From contig OZ287700.1 in NCBI GenBank assembly GCA_965649825.1, positions 1,054,001-1,118,000 of the forward strand: a stretch of 64,000 nucleotides of DNA, written 5' to 3'. Each line of letters opens with the position of its first letter. Position 1 is the stretch's first letter. Made by a program: the position numbers and the translations under genes. The DNA comes from Penicillus capitatus. Its lineage: Eukaryota; Plantae; Chlorophyta. Of this stretch, positions 53,208-64,000 are shown piece by piece. The notes below the pieces were generated by a model. It saw nothing but the letters and a program-made list of their open reading frames with translations, did no database searches and was not told the DNA's origin.

Positions 53208-53823
53208 TCATGTATCCGAAGACAATTGCTTTACATTTAAGAGCACTCTGTCATAGGGCTGCCACAATGGCATCTCCTCCCTAGAGCGCACACATCTCGG
53301 TTGATGATGTCACATCATCCTGCTATGCGGATCTCTCACGTGTATTTATATACGTGTGCTAAAGGTCGGAACGGCAATACAATGCAATGCAAACTACAGA
53401 CACCCCTTTCGAATTTGAAATCACTTTTCGGTGATTTACTGTAGATGACCAACGCTTGGAGGAAAATGAAATCCAAAGATGCATTCTGCATCTGGGTATT
53501 GCTCCTTTACAATGCGTTCTCCTTCCCGGCGCATATGCTCCACTAAAGGACACCCACCATCAGAGAAAGAGACATCGAAGCAGAGGCGTACAGAGAGGAA
53601 CGTGTCGTGCTTCTAGATGCCGAATATGTTTAATGTGTTCTCGGGGAATGACCAGCAGATGCATCTGTCCGGCTGGACGGCGGTCGTGAAAGGCAGTCAT
53701 GAGATTATCCTGCTCGTGCAGACTGCTTAGGCGTGCGTCGCTGTAAGGGAAACGCACTTGGTAGTGGAATTTCGTTTTTCCACGTCCTGCTGCGATATCG
53801 CAGAACGAGCAACGTGGTGGCAT
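53208..53823 (-). CDS. HINT4: Histidine triad nucleotide-binding protein (HINT4-like)
   Basis: CSFCDI, AFHDRRPAGQMHLLVIPREHI, spliced GFHFPPSVGHLH|LHCIVLP (HxHxH triad). Confidence 0.85.
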
Positions 53824-54106
53824 CGTGAATTCTATCTGCGTTTGCTGTGAGTTTTCAGCAAGATGTGAGGCCGTAAGGTTGAGGAAAGATCGCGAGTGCG
53901 CAATGGCAATATGCAACGTTCGATATTGGTAGTAAACACCAGAGGCGAAGCTACGTAGTTAAGTAGTATGCTGTGGTGCGATGCATTCGGAGTACCGTCA
54001 CATCCGTCCCAGTCACGTCAATCGCTGAAGATTCGCGCCCAATGGCGGCAGATGCGCCATTACGACTGGCGTTCGTACCGTTGCTCCATCGCCTCTCCCA
54101 GTCGCT

Positions 54107-57100
54107 ATGGATGAGTCGCTTTACGACGAGTTCGGCAACTACATCGGACCCGAACTCTCCGATGACGTCGATAGCGTCTTCATTCTCGATCTGTCAATCG
54201 AGTCGCTCTGCTGCAGGAAGACGACGTCTCGAGTGAAGACGATGATGACGTTTCGGCCGAGAATGGATCGGCAGATCGGCAGGACGCTTCTCAGCAAGAA
54301 CTCATGGAGATCGGTACCATTCCCTGACAAACAATCAAGCGATGATGTGACGTGCAGACGAGGATAGCACTTTCAATCAAGTCGTTTTGCACGAAGACAA
54401 GAAATACTATCCCTCAGCCGAGGAGGTCTACGGACGAGAGACAGAGACGTTGGTGATGGAAGAAGATGCGCAGCCGCTAGAGGTGCCCATCATTGCACCG
54501 ATCGTGGACAAGAAATTCGAATCGCAAACCAAAGCGCCGCTCAAAACTACATGGACAAATGAATTCATGGCGGTATTGATGTCCAATCCAGAACTGGTGC
54601 GAAACGTTGCCGTGGTGGGACACCTGCACCATGGCAAGACGACATTGATGGACATGCTCGTCGAGACGACGCACGAGGTTCAACAGGGACTTCCCAAATC
54701 CGATCACCAGATGCGATTCACGGACACGCGATTTGATGAGCAAGCCAGACGGATCAGTATCAAGATGATGCCGATGAGCCTCGTGATGCAAGGCGCGTCA
54801 GGGAAGTCCTATCTGCTGAACATGCTTGATACCCCCGGTCATGTCAATTTCAACGATGAAGTGACGGCGGCGCTACGGTTAGCTGATGGACTGCTTTTGG
54901 TGGTTGACGCGGTGGAGGGTGTGATGGTGGTGACGGAACGGGTGATTAAGCAGGCGCTGTCGGAGAATCTCCCGATCTGTCTATTCGTCAGCAAGATGGA
55001 TCGATTGATCACGGAATTGAAACTTCCTCCGGCCGATGCCTATCACAAGATCCGACATACGATCGAAGAGGTCAATGCTCTGTTATCGGCCATGGGAGTG
55101 GAGGATAAAAAGCTCCTGGATCCAGCTGTCGGCAATGTCGCTTTCGGATCTTGCGTTTCGGGATGGTGCTTTACTCTTGAGTCGTTTTCCAAACTCTACT
55201 GCGAAATCAACAACGCCTCCATTGACCACAAGTCCGTTCGGAGATACCCTCTTGTATGGTGAGATGGATGGTGTGTAGGGAGTTGGCAAAGAGACTGTGG
55301 GGTGACGCCTACTTTTACAAAGATACCCGCAAGTTCAGGCGTAAGCCATCGCAAGAGATCACGCGACGATCGTTCGTGGAATTCGTGCTCGATCCACTGT
55401 ACAAGCTCTACAGTCATATCTTGGGAGAGCATCCGAAGAGCATAGAGAATGTACTGAGTGAATTCGGAGTGCAGTTGCGACCTGCTGCTTATCACATGGA
55501 CGTCAAGCCGCTACTGAAAGAAGCATTGATGTCTATCTTCGGTGCGCCAACTGGCTTAGTGGACATGATCGTGCGCAACATTCCGTCTTCGAGGAGGGCG
55601 GCGCCATCCAAGGTACTGCGTCACTACACTGGAAACCTCCAGTCGCCGATGGCGCTCAGCATGCAGCAGTGCGATCGAAACGGTCCTCTCGTTGTGCACG
55701 TCGCTAAACTGTTTCCCAGACAGGACTGCAGTCAGTTTGACGCCTTTGGACGTATTTTTAGCGGAACGATTCGTCCCGGAGACAAAGTTCGGGTCTTGGG
55801 CGAGAGTTACACGCCAGAAGATGAGGAGGATTCGGTCGAAGCGACTGTCGGTCAGATCTGGGTCTATCAGTCTCGCTATCGCGTGTCATTTACAAAATTC
55901 TCCGCCGGAAATCTCGTCTTGATCGAGGGGTTGGATGCGACCATCATGAAAACGGCGACGGTAGTGACAGCGCAGTACGAAGAAGAGGTCCATATCTTCA
56001 AGCCTCTGCGATTCCATACCCTTTCCGTCGTAAAGATCGCCACAGAGCCGCTGAAGCCAGCAGAGTTGCCGAAGATGGTGGAGGGCCTGCGCAAGATCAA
56101 CAAGAGCTATCCTCTGGCCACGGCCAAAGTGGAGGAATCGGGGGAACACACAATTCTGGGCACGGGCGAGATCTATCTGGACAGTTTGATGAAAGACTTG
56201 AGAGAACTCTATGCGGATATCGAAGTCAAAGTGGCCGATCCTGTCGTGTCCTTCAACGAGACAGTGGTCGAGACATCTTCGCTCAAATGTTTCGCCGAGA
56301 CGCCGAACAAACGCAACAAGATCACGATCATCGCAGAGCCCCTAGACAAGGGACTGGCAGAGGACATCGAGAACGGAGCTGTGGAGATCTCCTGGTCGAA
56401 GAAACGCCAAGGCGAGTTCTTTCGAGATAAGTACGAGTGGGATGTCTTGGCGTCGAGATCAGTATGGGCCTTCGGACCTGACAAACAGGGACCCAATATT
56501 CTCATGGACGATACCCTGTCATCCGAGGTCGACAAAGGACTCCTCGGTGCCGTGCGCGAATCCATCATCCAAGTGCGAGAGACGCTTGTCCGGCGAGAGC
56601 GGAACGGTGTGTTTAGGGGTTTCAATGGGGAGCCAGAGATGGTCCGTTGTGTGAAGAACCGGTGCGCAACGTAAAGTTCAAAATCATCGATGCGCAGATC
56701 GCAGCGGAACCTTTGGCGCGTGGCGGCGGTCAAGTGATTCCGACAGCGAGGCGTTGTCTGTACTCGGCGTTCCTGATGGCGACGCCACGTCTCATGGAGC
56801 CCGTTTACTATGTGGAGATCCAGACGCCTGCCGATTGCATGTCGGCGATCTATAATGTCTTGGCCAAACGACGGGGTCATGTGACGGCCGACATTCCGAA
56901 ACCGGGCACGCCGATCTTTCTCGTCAAGGCGCATCTGCCCGTCATCGAGAGCTTTGGATTTGAGACAGATCTGCGTTATCATACACAAGGACAGGCGTTC
57001 TGTCTGAGTGTCTTTGATCACTGGAGTATCGTTCCTGGTGATCCATTGGATCGTCAGTTTGTCCTGCGTCCGTTGGAACCTGCTCCTGTTCCGGCACTGG

Positions 57101-57231
57101 CGCGTGAGTTTCTGGTAAAGACGCGTCGCCGTAAAGGCATGAATGATGACGTGTCCATCACCAAATATTTTGACGATCCTATGTTGCTCGAACTCGCTAA
57201 ACAGGACTTGGACGTATCGCACATTCTGTAA
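54107..57231 (+). CDS. EFTUD2: U5 snRNP 116-kDa GTPase (Snu114/EFTUD2)
   Basis: [78 protein letters not shown]. Confidence 0.98.
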
Positions 57232-57243
57232 GAGCACGCGACG

Positions 57244-59746
57244 ATGGCAGGAGGCATTCGAACGGAGCATTATCGCACCGTCGAGAATCTCTATCCGATC
57301 TTCGAGATTCTGGAACACTCGTTGAATGTCGGCGCCAAGGAGGAGGCCTTAAGGATCCTGGCACACATTAGCGCCGAAAAGGAGTGCCGATCAGCACTGC
57401 GGCACGTCGCCTGTTCGATCGTCTTGCCGGAATCGTCGCTGTGTGTTGCAGACAGACGGGAGGATTCGGCGTCCTGGTCAGTTTTCTGAAAAACGGGGCG
57501 ATCGAGAACGCGACGCTCGTTGCTCCTGCCGTCCGAACGATTCGACATTTGGCAAATGACAGCGCAGCAACGCGCAAGGCTCTTCGACAGGCTGGTGCAA
57601 CGGAGCAGCTGATACCTCTTGTTGCTTACGGAGAGGAGAGTCCGATCTCTGTGGACGCCATCGCGGCTATCGGCTATTTGGCGCACCACGATACGCAAAC
57701 GAAAGCGACGGTGCGCAAGATGGGCGGCATCCCTTTGCTCGTGCGCATGTTGCATGCCGGTAGCGAACGCATCGATGCGATCGATCAGCGATCGCCGTCG
57801 GTGGCTGTAATGATGGCAACGCGTGTGTTCTATAGATTCTAAGAAGCCAATTGCATGCTACGCAGCTGCCGCGCTGCATAATCTCATCGATGGAAGCGCT
57901 CGCAATAAGAACGCCCTTCGAGCCGCCGGGGCTATTCCTCGTTTGGTTCAGCTGATCGACAGCGAAGTCGGGAATCCTATCGTCGAAGTGGCCGTTCGGA
58001 CGCTACACAAAATCGCCGATAAGTTCGAAGACGCACAGAGCGATATTCGACGAACAGGCGGACTCGGCAAACTGATCGAACTGCAGACAAAAAGTACAGG
58101 GCTGTCGAATGCAGTGAGAGCGCCCTATGCATTTAAATGATGATTCGTAGCCCCTTCCGGTTCGCTCCTCGACTGGATCGAAAAGACGATGCAGACATTG
58201 AAGCTATCGGAAAAGGAGAGAGACGATTCGAAAGTCTTGCTGACCCTCGGAAAAACCTTTCAGAAAGAATTCGATAAACTCAGGTGCGTTCGATACGAAG
58301 ATGGTTACGCCTTCCCTAAAGTCGACAGAACAGGAATGGGACGGATCTGATTCTGCTGCGCGTTTCGGAAATCGACGATGCGTTTAAGGCGTCTATACTT
58401 AACTACGACCAGAAGAACGCTTCCCTTCTAGAGGAGAACGAGCAACTCCAAGGTACTTGAGTTCGAGAAAAGAATAAAAAAAGAACGCGTGGGCGCTGCA
58501 GCGATGAATGCCGAGAAGGATGCACAACTGGATCGATTTCAAGGTCCATCCTTTCGGATCTGCAAAGGAGACGGCTGGCTCATCGTTCTGCAGCGGTGCT
58601 GAATGAAAGAACGTCGCAGCTCGAAATGGCAGAAGGTTTTGCTTCGCCCTATCATCTACTGCGTCCAGCATGGCGCACATCTAGGCGATTTTCGGGCGAA
58701 GGAAGGACAGGTTGCGTCGCTAGAAGGTAAATCTCACCGAACAGTCTGAGGGACGAGACATGATATTGTCATCGCAGAACACATTGCCGAGAAGCAAGAC
58801 GCTCTGCGCGAATGCGAAGGTATATCTAGAAGTTTCCACTCTTTTGTCGGATATCGACGGGTTTCTGTCTTGCTACGATCGAAGATCGGTTACGAGAACG
58901 GGATGCTCACCTCGGAAAACTGAAAGGTATGATTCGTCATCGGCTCGCGAGCCGCCACCCAATCGATGCCTTTTTTATCTTGCACAGAATCGTTACATGA
59001 AAAGGATCTACAACTGAAACAGACCAACGGTACATCTGCCACACAAGAGAGTACTTATCACGACGTTCTCTTTCTTTCACGCTTTGCAGGTGCCCTAGAA
59101 GAAAAGACACGTCATGTCCGACATCTCGAAAGTTCGATCGGACAAGCCAGGCAGGCATCCATCACATAGTCTGTCTGTTTTCCTCTAGCGTTGATTATAG
59201 AGAAAGAAAGGCAGATCAACCAAGCACTGCGTAAACTCGATCATCTTTACCTGAAGATACTGTAGATGTGTGCGTGCGTTTTTAGATGTCGAGAGAGAAG
59301 AGTCCGATCGGGCAAAGCAGGAGAGAAACGCTACGATTTTGGAAATCGTGCAGACGCTGAAACAAGTGGTCTCTGCCACTTCACGACCTGGATCGCCGAC
59401 AGCATTAAAGCAGCATGAGCTCGGCAACATCAGCGATTCGATCCAGTCCCTCCTTTCTCAGATACCGACGCAGAAGACAGTGAAGGAGCCCATCGTCACG
59501 CGATCAAGGGCGAAAACATCGCATCACGCGTTCCCTACGACATCGCCGTCCGATCGCATCGATCGATCCGTCCGCCCAGGACATCGCGATCAACTAAAAT
59601 CCGTCCACGGCTTGCAACGCTTTTCTCCGTCGAGATCCGAAAAGTTCGCTTCCTCGACGAAGACTCAGAATCTCCCTGTTCGCGATCGCATCGCTCGATC
59701 GGAATCCATCGATCAGCGCGCAGGCAACACAGTGTATCAACAGTGA
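57244..59746 (+). CDS. Armadillo-repeat plus coiled-coil protein
   Basis: Repeated ARM motifs (ALRQAGATEQLIPL, VRKMGGIPLLVRML, ALRAAGAIPRLVQL, IRRTGGLGKLIEL), then heptad-rich exons and a Ser/Arg-rich tail. Confidence 0.75.
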
Positions 59747-60040
59747 ATGAGTGATGTCCGCATCACGGGCTCCTTATGAATTCGATCGGTCATTTCGATG
59801 AAACAGAGTACGACAAGACACCGAGTTTATCAACAGCCAGCTAAGAAGTGTGAACCAACAGCGAACAAAATGTACATTCGCTTCGCCCTGCCCCACTTCA
59901 TTCACACGTCAATGAACGCTAGCTTTGTCTAATCATTGATAATCCCCCTTCAAGCTGATGTCCCCTACAGCTTGACACTTGCGAAAATATCGATCATTGC
60001 CACAAGAAAAACGCAACGTCGTTCAGTTCGTTTGTTTCTG

Positions 60041-60943
60041 TCAGGTGATCGAGAAGATCTCTTCGAGCTTGCTCAGTTGTGCGGCGACGGAATTGAGTCC
60101 AGTCGTAACGATCATTGGTGAATCGACCCCTGCTAGATGCGAGGTCTCTGTACTCATAGGCACATTGTAGACGGCAATCGTATCCTGTCACAACACGCAA
60201 TGATGTGACGGATGTCTCACACATGTGTGTGCATTGTCTTTACTTTGAGCTTCCGGACTCGGCTCACCGAGATCGTGAAGGAATCCACGCAGCCGAACGG
60301 GCTCTGGTAGAAATGGAAGAAAGGTAGTGCCTGGAACGAGGCCGTGTGTGCATCATCGAGTGATGTGACGTGTGACTTGCCTTGACGCCCATAACTTGGC
60401 AGAGCTCCAAGTTCTCATCCCAGTCCACTTTCAGCAACAGAACGTCGGGATTCGCTCGACATATCTGACTCAACTACACCGCGATCGGTTCTCTCAGCAA
60501 CAGAACCATACAGTTCGGATCACGCACTTTAGGATAGAGCGCTCGACAGGATCGACACCACTTTGCGTAGAAATCGATGACCACCAACCGATTTCCCGCA
60601 CTTTGCTGCACAGCGATGCGCCGTTGATGTGACAGTCTGAGAGCAAGGAGGCTGAAGCTACCAGCGCATCGAGCATTTGCTCAGGAGAGTGGACCGTGAT
60701 CATGTTCGGTGCTGGATTTCGACTCCACCACGGTTCGGCACAGAGTATATCTTTTGCCAGGCCGAGGTCCATCGCAGCAGCTTTGAGCGGAACCATCGGT
60801 CGTCGTACTCTGAGAGATTTCCCCAGAAGCGTCTGGCGTCGCAAACGCAGACGTGCGCAACATGTTCGACGCGTTTCGAAAACAGAGCGACGCGGAGATG
60901 GCTGTGCTTTGAGTTCCTGTCCGAAAACGGTCTCCACGTTCAT
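60041..60943 (-). CDS. ACHT: Atypical Cys/His-rich (Lilium-type) chloroplast thioredoxin
   Basis: VVIDFYAKWCRSCRALYPK, LLLKVDWDENLELCQVMGVK|ALPFFHFY, transit-peptide-like N-terminus. Confidence 0.85.
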
Positions 60944-61157
60944 CCTAGAAGTCAACCGCGCAAATCCGTGACTCGACCGTACACATGACAGTACTTAACG
61001 ATTACAGCGACTGTTTGTCACATCAACTGCTCGTGCTCCGCTTGCAGAATCGCGCTGGGAGGCACAGAGATGAAGACTGACAATCAAATGATCCATCAAT
61101 AGTACAGACACATATAGGACAAACGGACAATGATTAGATGGATGGGCCTTTATGAGG

Positions 61158-62129
61158 TCATGTCTTCCGAAGATTGACCAAGCGCTCCTAAACAACGGAC
61201 CTCTCGATATTAGCCTGTATAACAGTCACATCAACTTACCTTCAGATCGCCGTCTAAGCTCTCTTCATATCCTTCGGGTGCTGCTGCTGCGGTCTGTTGT
61301 GCTGGCACACGATTGGCCGGGGCAGATGTGAGCTACAAGAGAAGGACGTGATGTGTGATGGCGCTCTCTGTACTTAAGGGATGTTTCTTACCTCGTGTTC
61401 TGTGCTGATGCCAATCTCATCGAGAACCTGATTGACCAGGTTGTCTGTCTCTTCTTCCTCTTCGTCCCCTTCAAAGGCATCGTCGATGGCATCACCCATG
61501 GTTTCACTTGTCATCTCCATTTTTTCATTCTGTATCTCGAACTCGCGCATGATCTTTTGCAGGGCTGGAAGATTCATGCGCTTGTTCATCATTCCCATGG
61601 CCTATACACTATCTCACTCTTTTGGCCACTAGCTTATGTGATCCTCACTTTGGTGGCGCCCTTCATTGCTTGGGCCATAGCTTGTGTCGATTTCAATGTC
61701 TGATCAAAGAGTGAGACGCCATTGCGGAAAAGAGTGAGATAATGGATCGACCTGAAGTCTGAGGGAAACTGCTTGGAGTTGCGATTTCAGTCCATAGAGT
61801 TTCGTCACAGCTGCCCTGTTGCGTACCAATGACTTCGCCATGATTTTGACAGCGTCCTATCGTGAACATCCCTGCGACATCGATGCATACCAGACCATGC
61901 CCATACCATTTGCCCTTCCTTTGCCGTTTTCTTGATTTCAGCAATCAGCTTTTTATCCTGGTTTTGTAGTCCTGTCCTTTCTCGGTCCAGTTCTCGAATG
62001 GCTTTATCCAACATGCGCTTGTTTTCACGAAGCCTCTCTGGCGAACAAACACACGCACTCGGTCTTTACTCGCGTTGCTCGGGGACACACCAGAGACGCT
62101 CTTGCGACTGCCGAAGAGACTCAACATTT
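61158..62129 (-). CDS. VPS2: ESCRT-III subunit VPS2/CHMP2
   Basis: LDKAIRELDRER..LIAEIKKTAK, MNLPALQKIMREFEIQNEKMEM, EEETDNLVNQVLDEIGI, terminal ERLVNLRKT*. Confidence 0.95.
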
Positions 62130-62307
62130 TGATGCTTTGATAGAATGCGAAATATCCGTCGTCGCTTGGAGAATGTATGTATGTTCGTGCAGTCTCCGGA
62201 CACAGAAACGACAAATCGCGATAAGACGAATGTACGACTATCGTGTCACTGTATTGATTATCCCTGAACTAAGATTTTTTTGCAAGTGCAACGCACGACG
62301 GTGAGCG

Positions 62308-63582
62308 ATGACACTCGTCGACGACTTCTCTCGGGCAACCGAGGCCTTTAAGGTTCGATAGGACTACTTCTGTCGTCTTCTGTACGCACATACTCCAGGT
62401 TGCTTACCGAGCGGGAAAGTTCGAAACCTGCAAGACCGATTTGACGAAACTTAAGGTGCGAACGGCACAGTCTGGCAAAGCAGATGGCTCAAAATGCGGC
62501 TATGCAGATTATGATGACGCAGTTGCCTTCTTTGTCGCCTGTGGCTGGGCAGAATCTCCCGACAGCGGAAAAAGAGAACCTCCTGGCTCGAGACGTCTTG
62601 GAACATGCCGTGCTTTTGAGTATACGCCTTAAAGACGAAGAAAGCTTCGACCGCAACTACCTCCAGTTGGAGACCTTCTATTTCGACAAGTGTCACATCA
62701 CTGTACGATGCCTGGCATGAGAATGACGATCGGTGTGCCTGCCTGCATGAATGCAGAGATTACTTACCGCCTTCTCAAAAACAGCAACTGATTCTGGGGC
62801 TGAGGCTGGTTCTGTTGCTGGTTCAGAAACGGACTGCGGAGTTTCATACAGAACTGGAGCGCATTCCGCCTCAAGTAGGGATACAGACGGAGAAAGATGC
62901 AAATAGGAAGTGTGATTTGTGTGACAGGTTCACGAAACAGATGTGTATGTCCGCCATGCCATTCAACTGGAACAATGGTTGATGGAAGGGGCATACAACA
63001 AAGTGCTGGCGTCCAAAAACAATCTGCCGGCGGCCGAGTACTACGCGTACTTCATCGATCAGCTGGCCACAACCGTTCGGTAGGTGCCGCCACGTGATGG
63101 GACAGCCGAGATCGTAATATGCGATTCAGGGAAGAGATAGCGAGCTGCTGCGAGAAAGCATATCGAACTCTCAAAGTATCGGATGCTAAGAAGCTGATGA
63201 TGCTGGATTCCACGCAAGATATGCTCAATTACGCTCAACAAGTGTGATTCGCCCCTCTCTCTACGATCCTTAGACCCTGATGTGTGCAATGGATAGATGA
63301 AGGAATTCAATGAGAGGATGGAGGATGGGATGGAGGACGATGGAAACAATAGAGAGGACGTTGAGATGAGCGACAACAACGGTTCCTCAGGGAACAACGT
63401 AACCGTCACGCATACCGTTAAATGCTCAAAAAATCGATTTGTGTGAGCAGGTCGCATGGGGCGTTTGCAATGGAGTCATTCATTTCAAGCCGGAAATGCA
63501 CCAGAGCACAGCCGAGCTATCGTCGTTAGAAGTCATCAAGAGGACGCTGATGTACGCAAGGGAGTTAGAGAGAATTGTGTGA
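62308..63582 (+). CDS. RPN12: 26S proteasome non-ATPase regulatory subunit RPN12 (PSMD8)
   Basis: LARDVLEHAVLLSIRLKDEESFDRNYLQL, AEFHTELE, EQWLMEGAYNKV, REEIASCCEKAY, terminal TLMYARELERIV*. Confidence 0.93.
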
Positions 63583-64000
63583 GACAGATAGATACTCCAA
63601 GTAAAGGACTTTCGCCCTTTAAAGGTGTCTCAATCTCGCACACGCTTATCTTCGATCGTGCATCGATTAAGACGAAATCGCGACGTCGATCGGGACATCG
63701 AAACACAAGATCGATCGATCGGCAGACATGCGTCGTCATGCATCGTCGCGATATTCGTCATATGACACAGATCGCGATGCCGATCGCCTGAATAACGATC
63801 TCGGTCGAGATCGACGCAATTCAAACAAATCGTCGCCGAAAGAGAAAAGAGAACAACTGTGTGAAGCGACGACCGTTGTCGAACATCTTCCTACGGAAAG
63901 GAATGCGACGTCCAGTGCCGACAGGCCGCGAGATGCAATGCACATGGTGGATGTCGAGATCTGGACATCATCCGCCTTTCTGCGTGATCGTATCGGATCG

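Noticed and set aside
56209-57318. 369-aa antisense ORF, plus other long antisense ORFs over CBL, ABCA and LHCBM
   Set aside because: These are shadows of codon-biased sense genes and carry no recognisable motifs.

Overview
Gene-dense nuclear DNA of a photosynthetic eukaryote, almost certainly a chlorophyte green alga. It carries LHCII, CHLD, TIC21 and ACHT genes, an ankyrin-TRP channel, and many short (~45-60 nt) spliceosomal introns. TAA, TAG and TGA all serve as stops, so the code is standard. A siphonous/ulvophycean origin is a guess only. About 29 protein-coding genes can be reconstructed by splicing by eye; spans below run from first to last codon and include introns. The strongest signals are: (1) a Prx6-type peroxiredoxin whose peroxidatic Cys is Ala and which has a C-terminal membrane tail; (2) a full-length USP7/UBP12-like protein whose catalytic Cys is Ser and Asp is His; (3) a tandem pair of small secreted Cys-rich paralogues of no recognisable family; (4) the motif TGATGTGAC(GT), found at least 19 times on both strands, nearly always in introns or spacers; (5) a 1555-bp element with 28-bp terminal inverted repeats and an ATA duplication, whose interior motifs recur shuffled at about 15.3 kb; (6) only 12 nt between the EFTUD2 stop and the next gene's ATG. 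No rRNA, tRNA or CRISPR array was recognised. All homology calls come from remembered family motifs, not from database searches.
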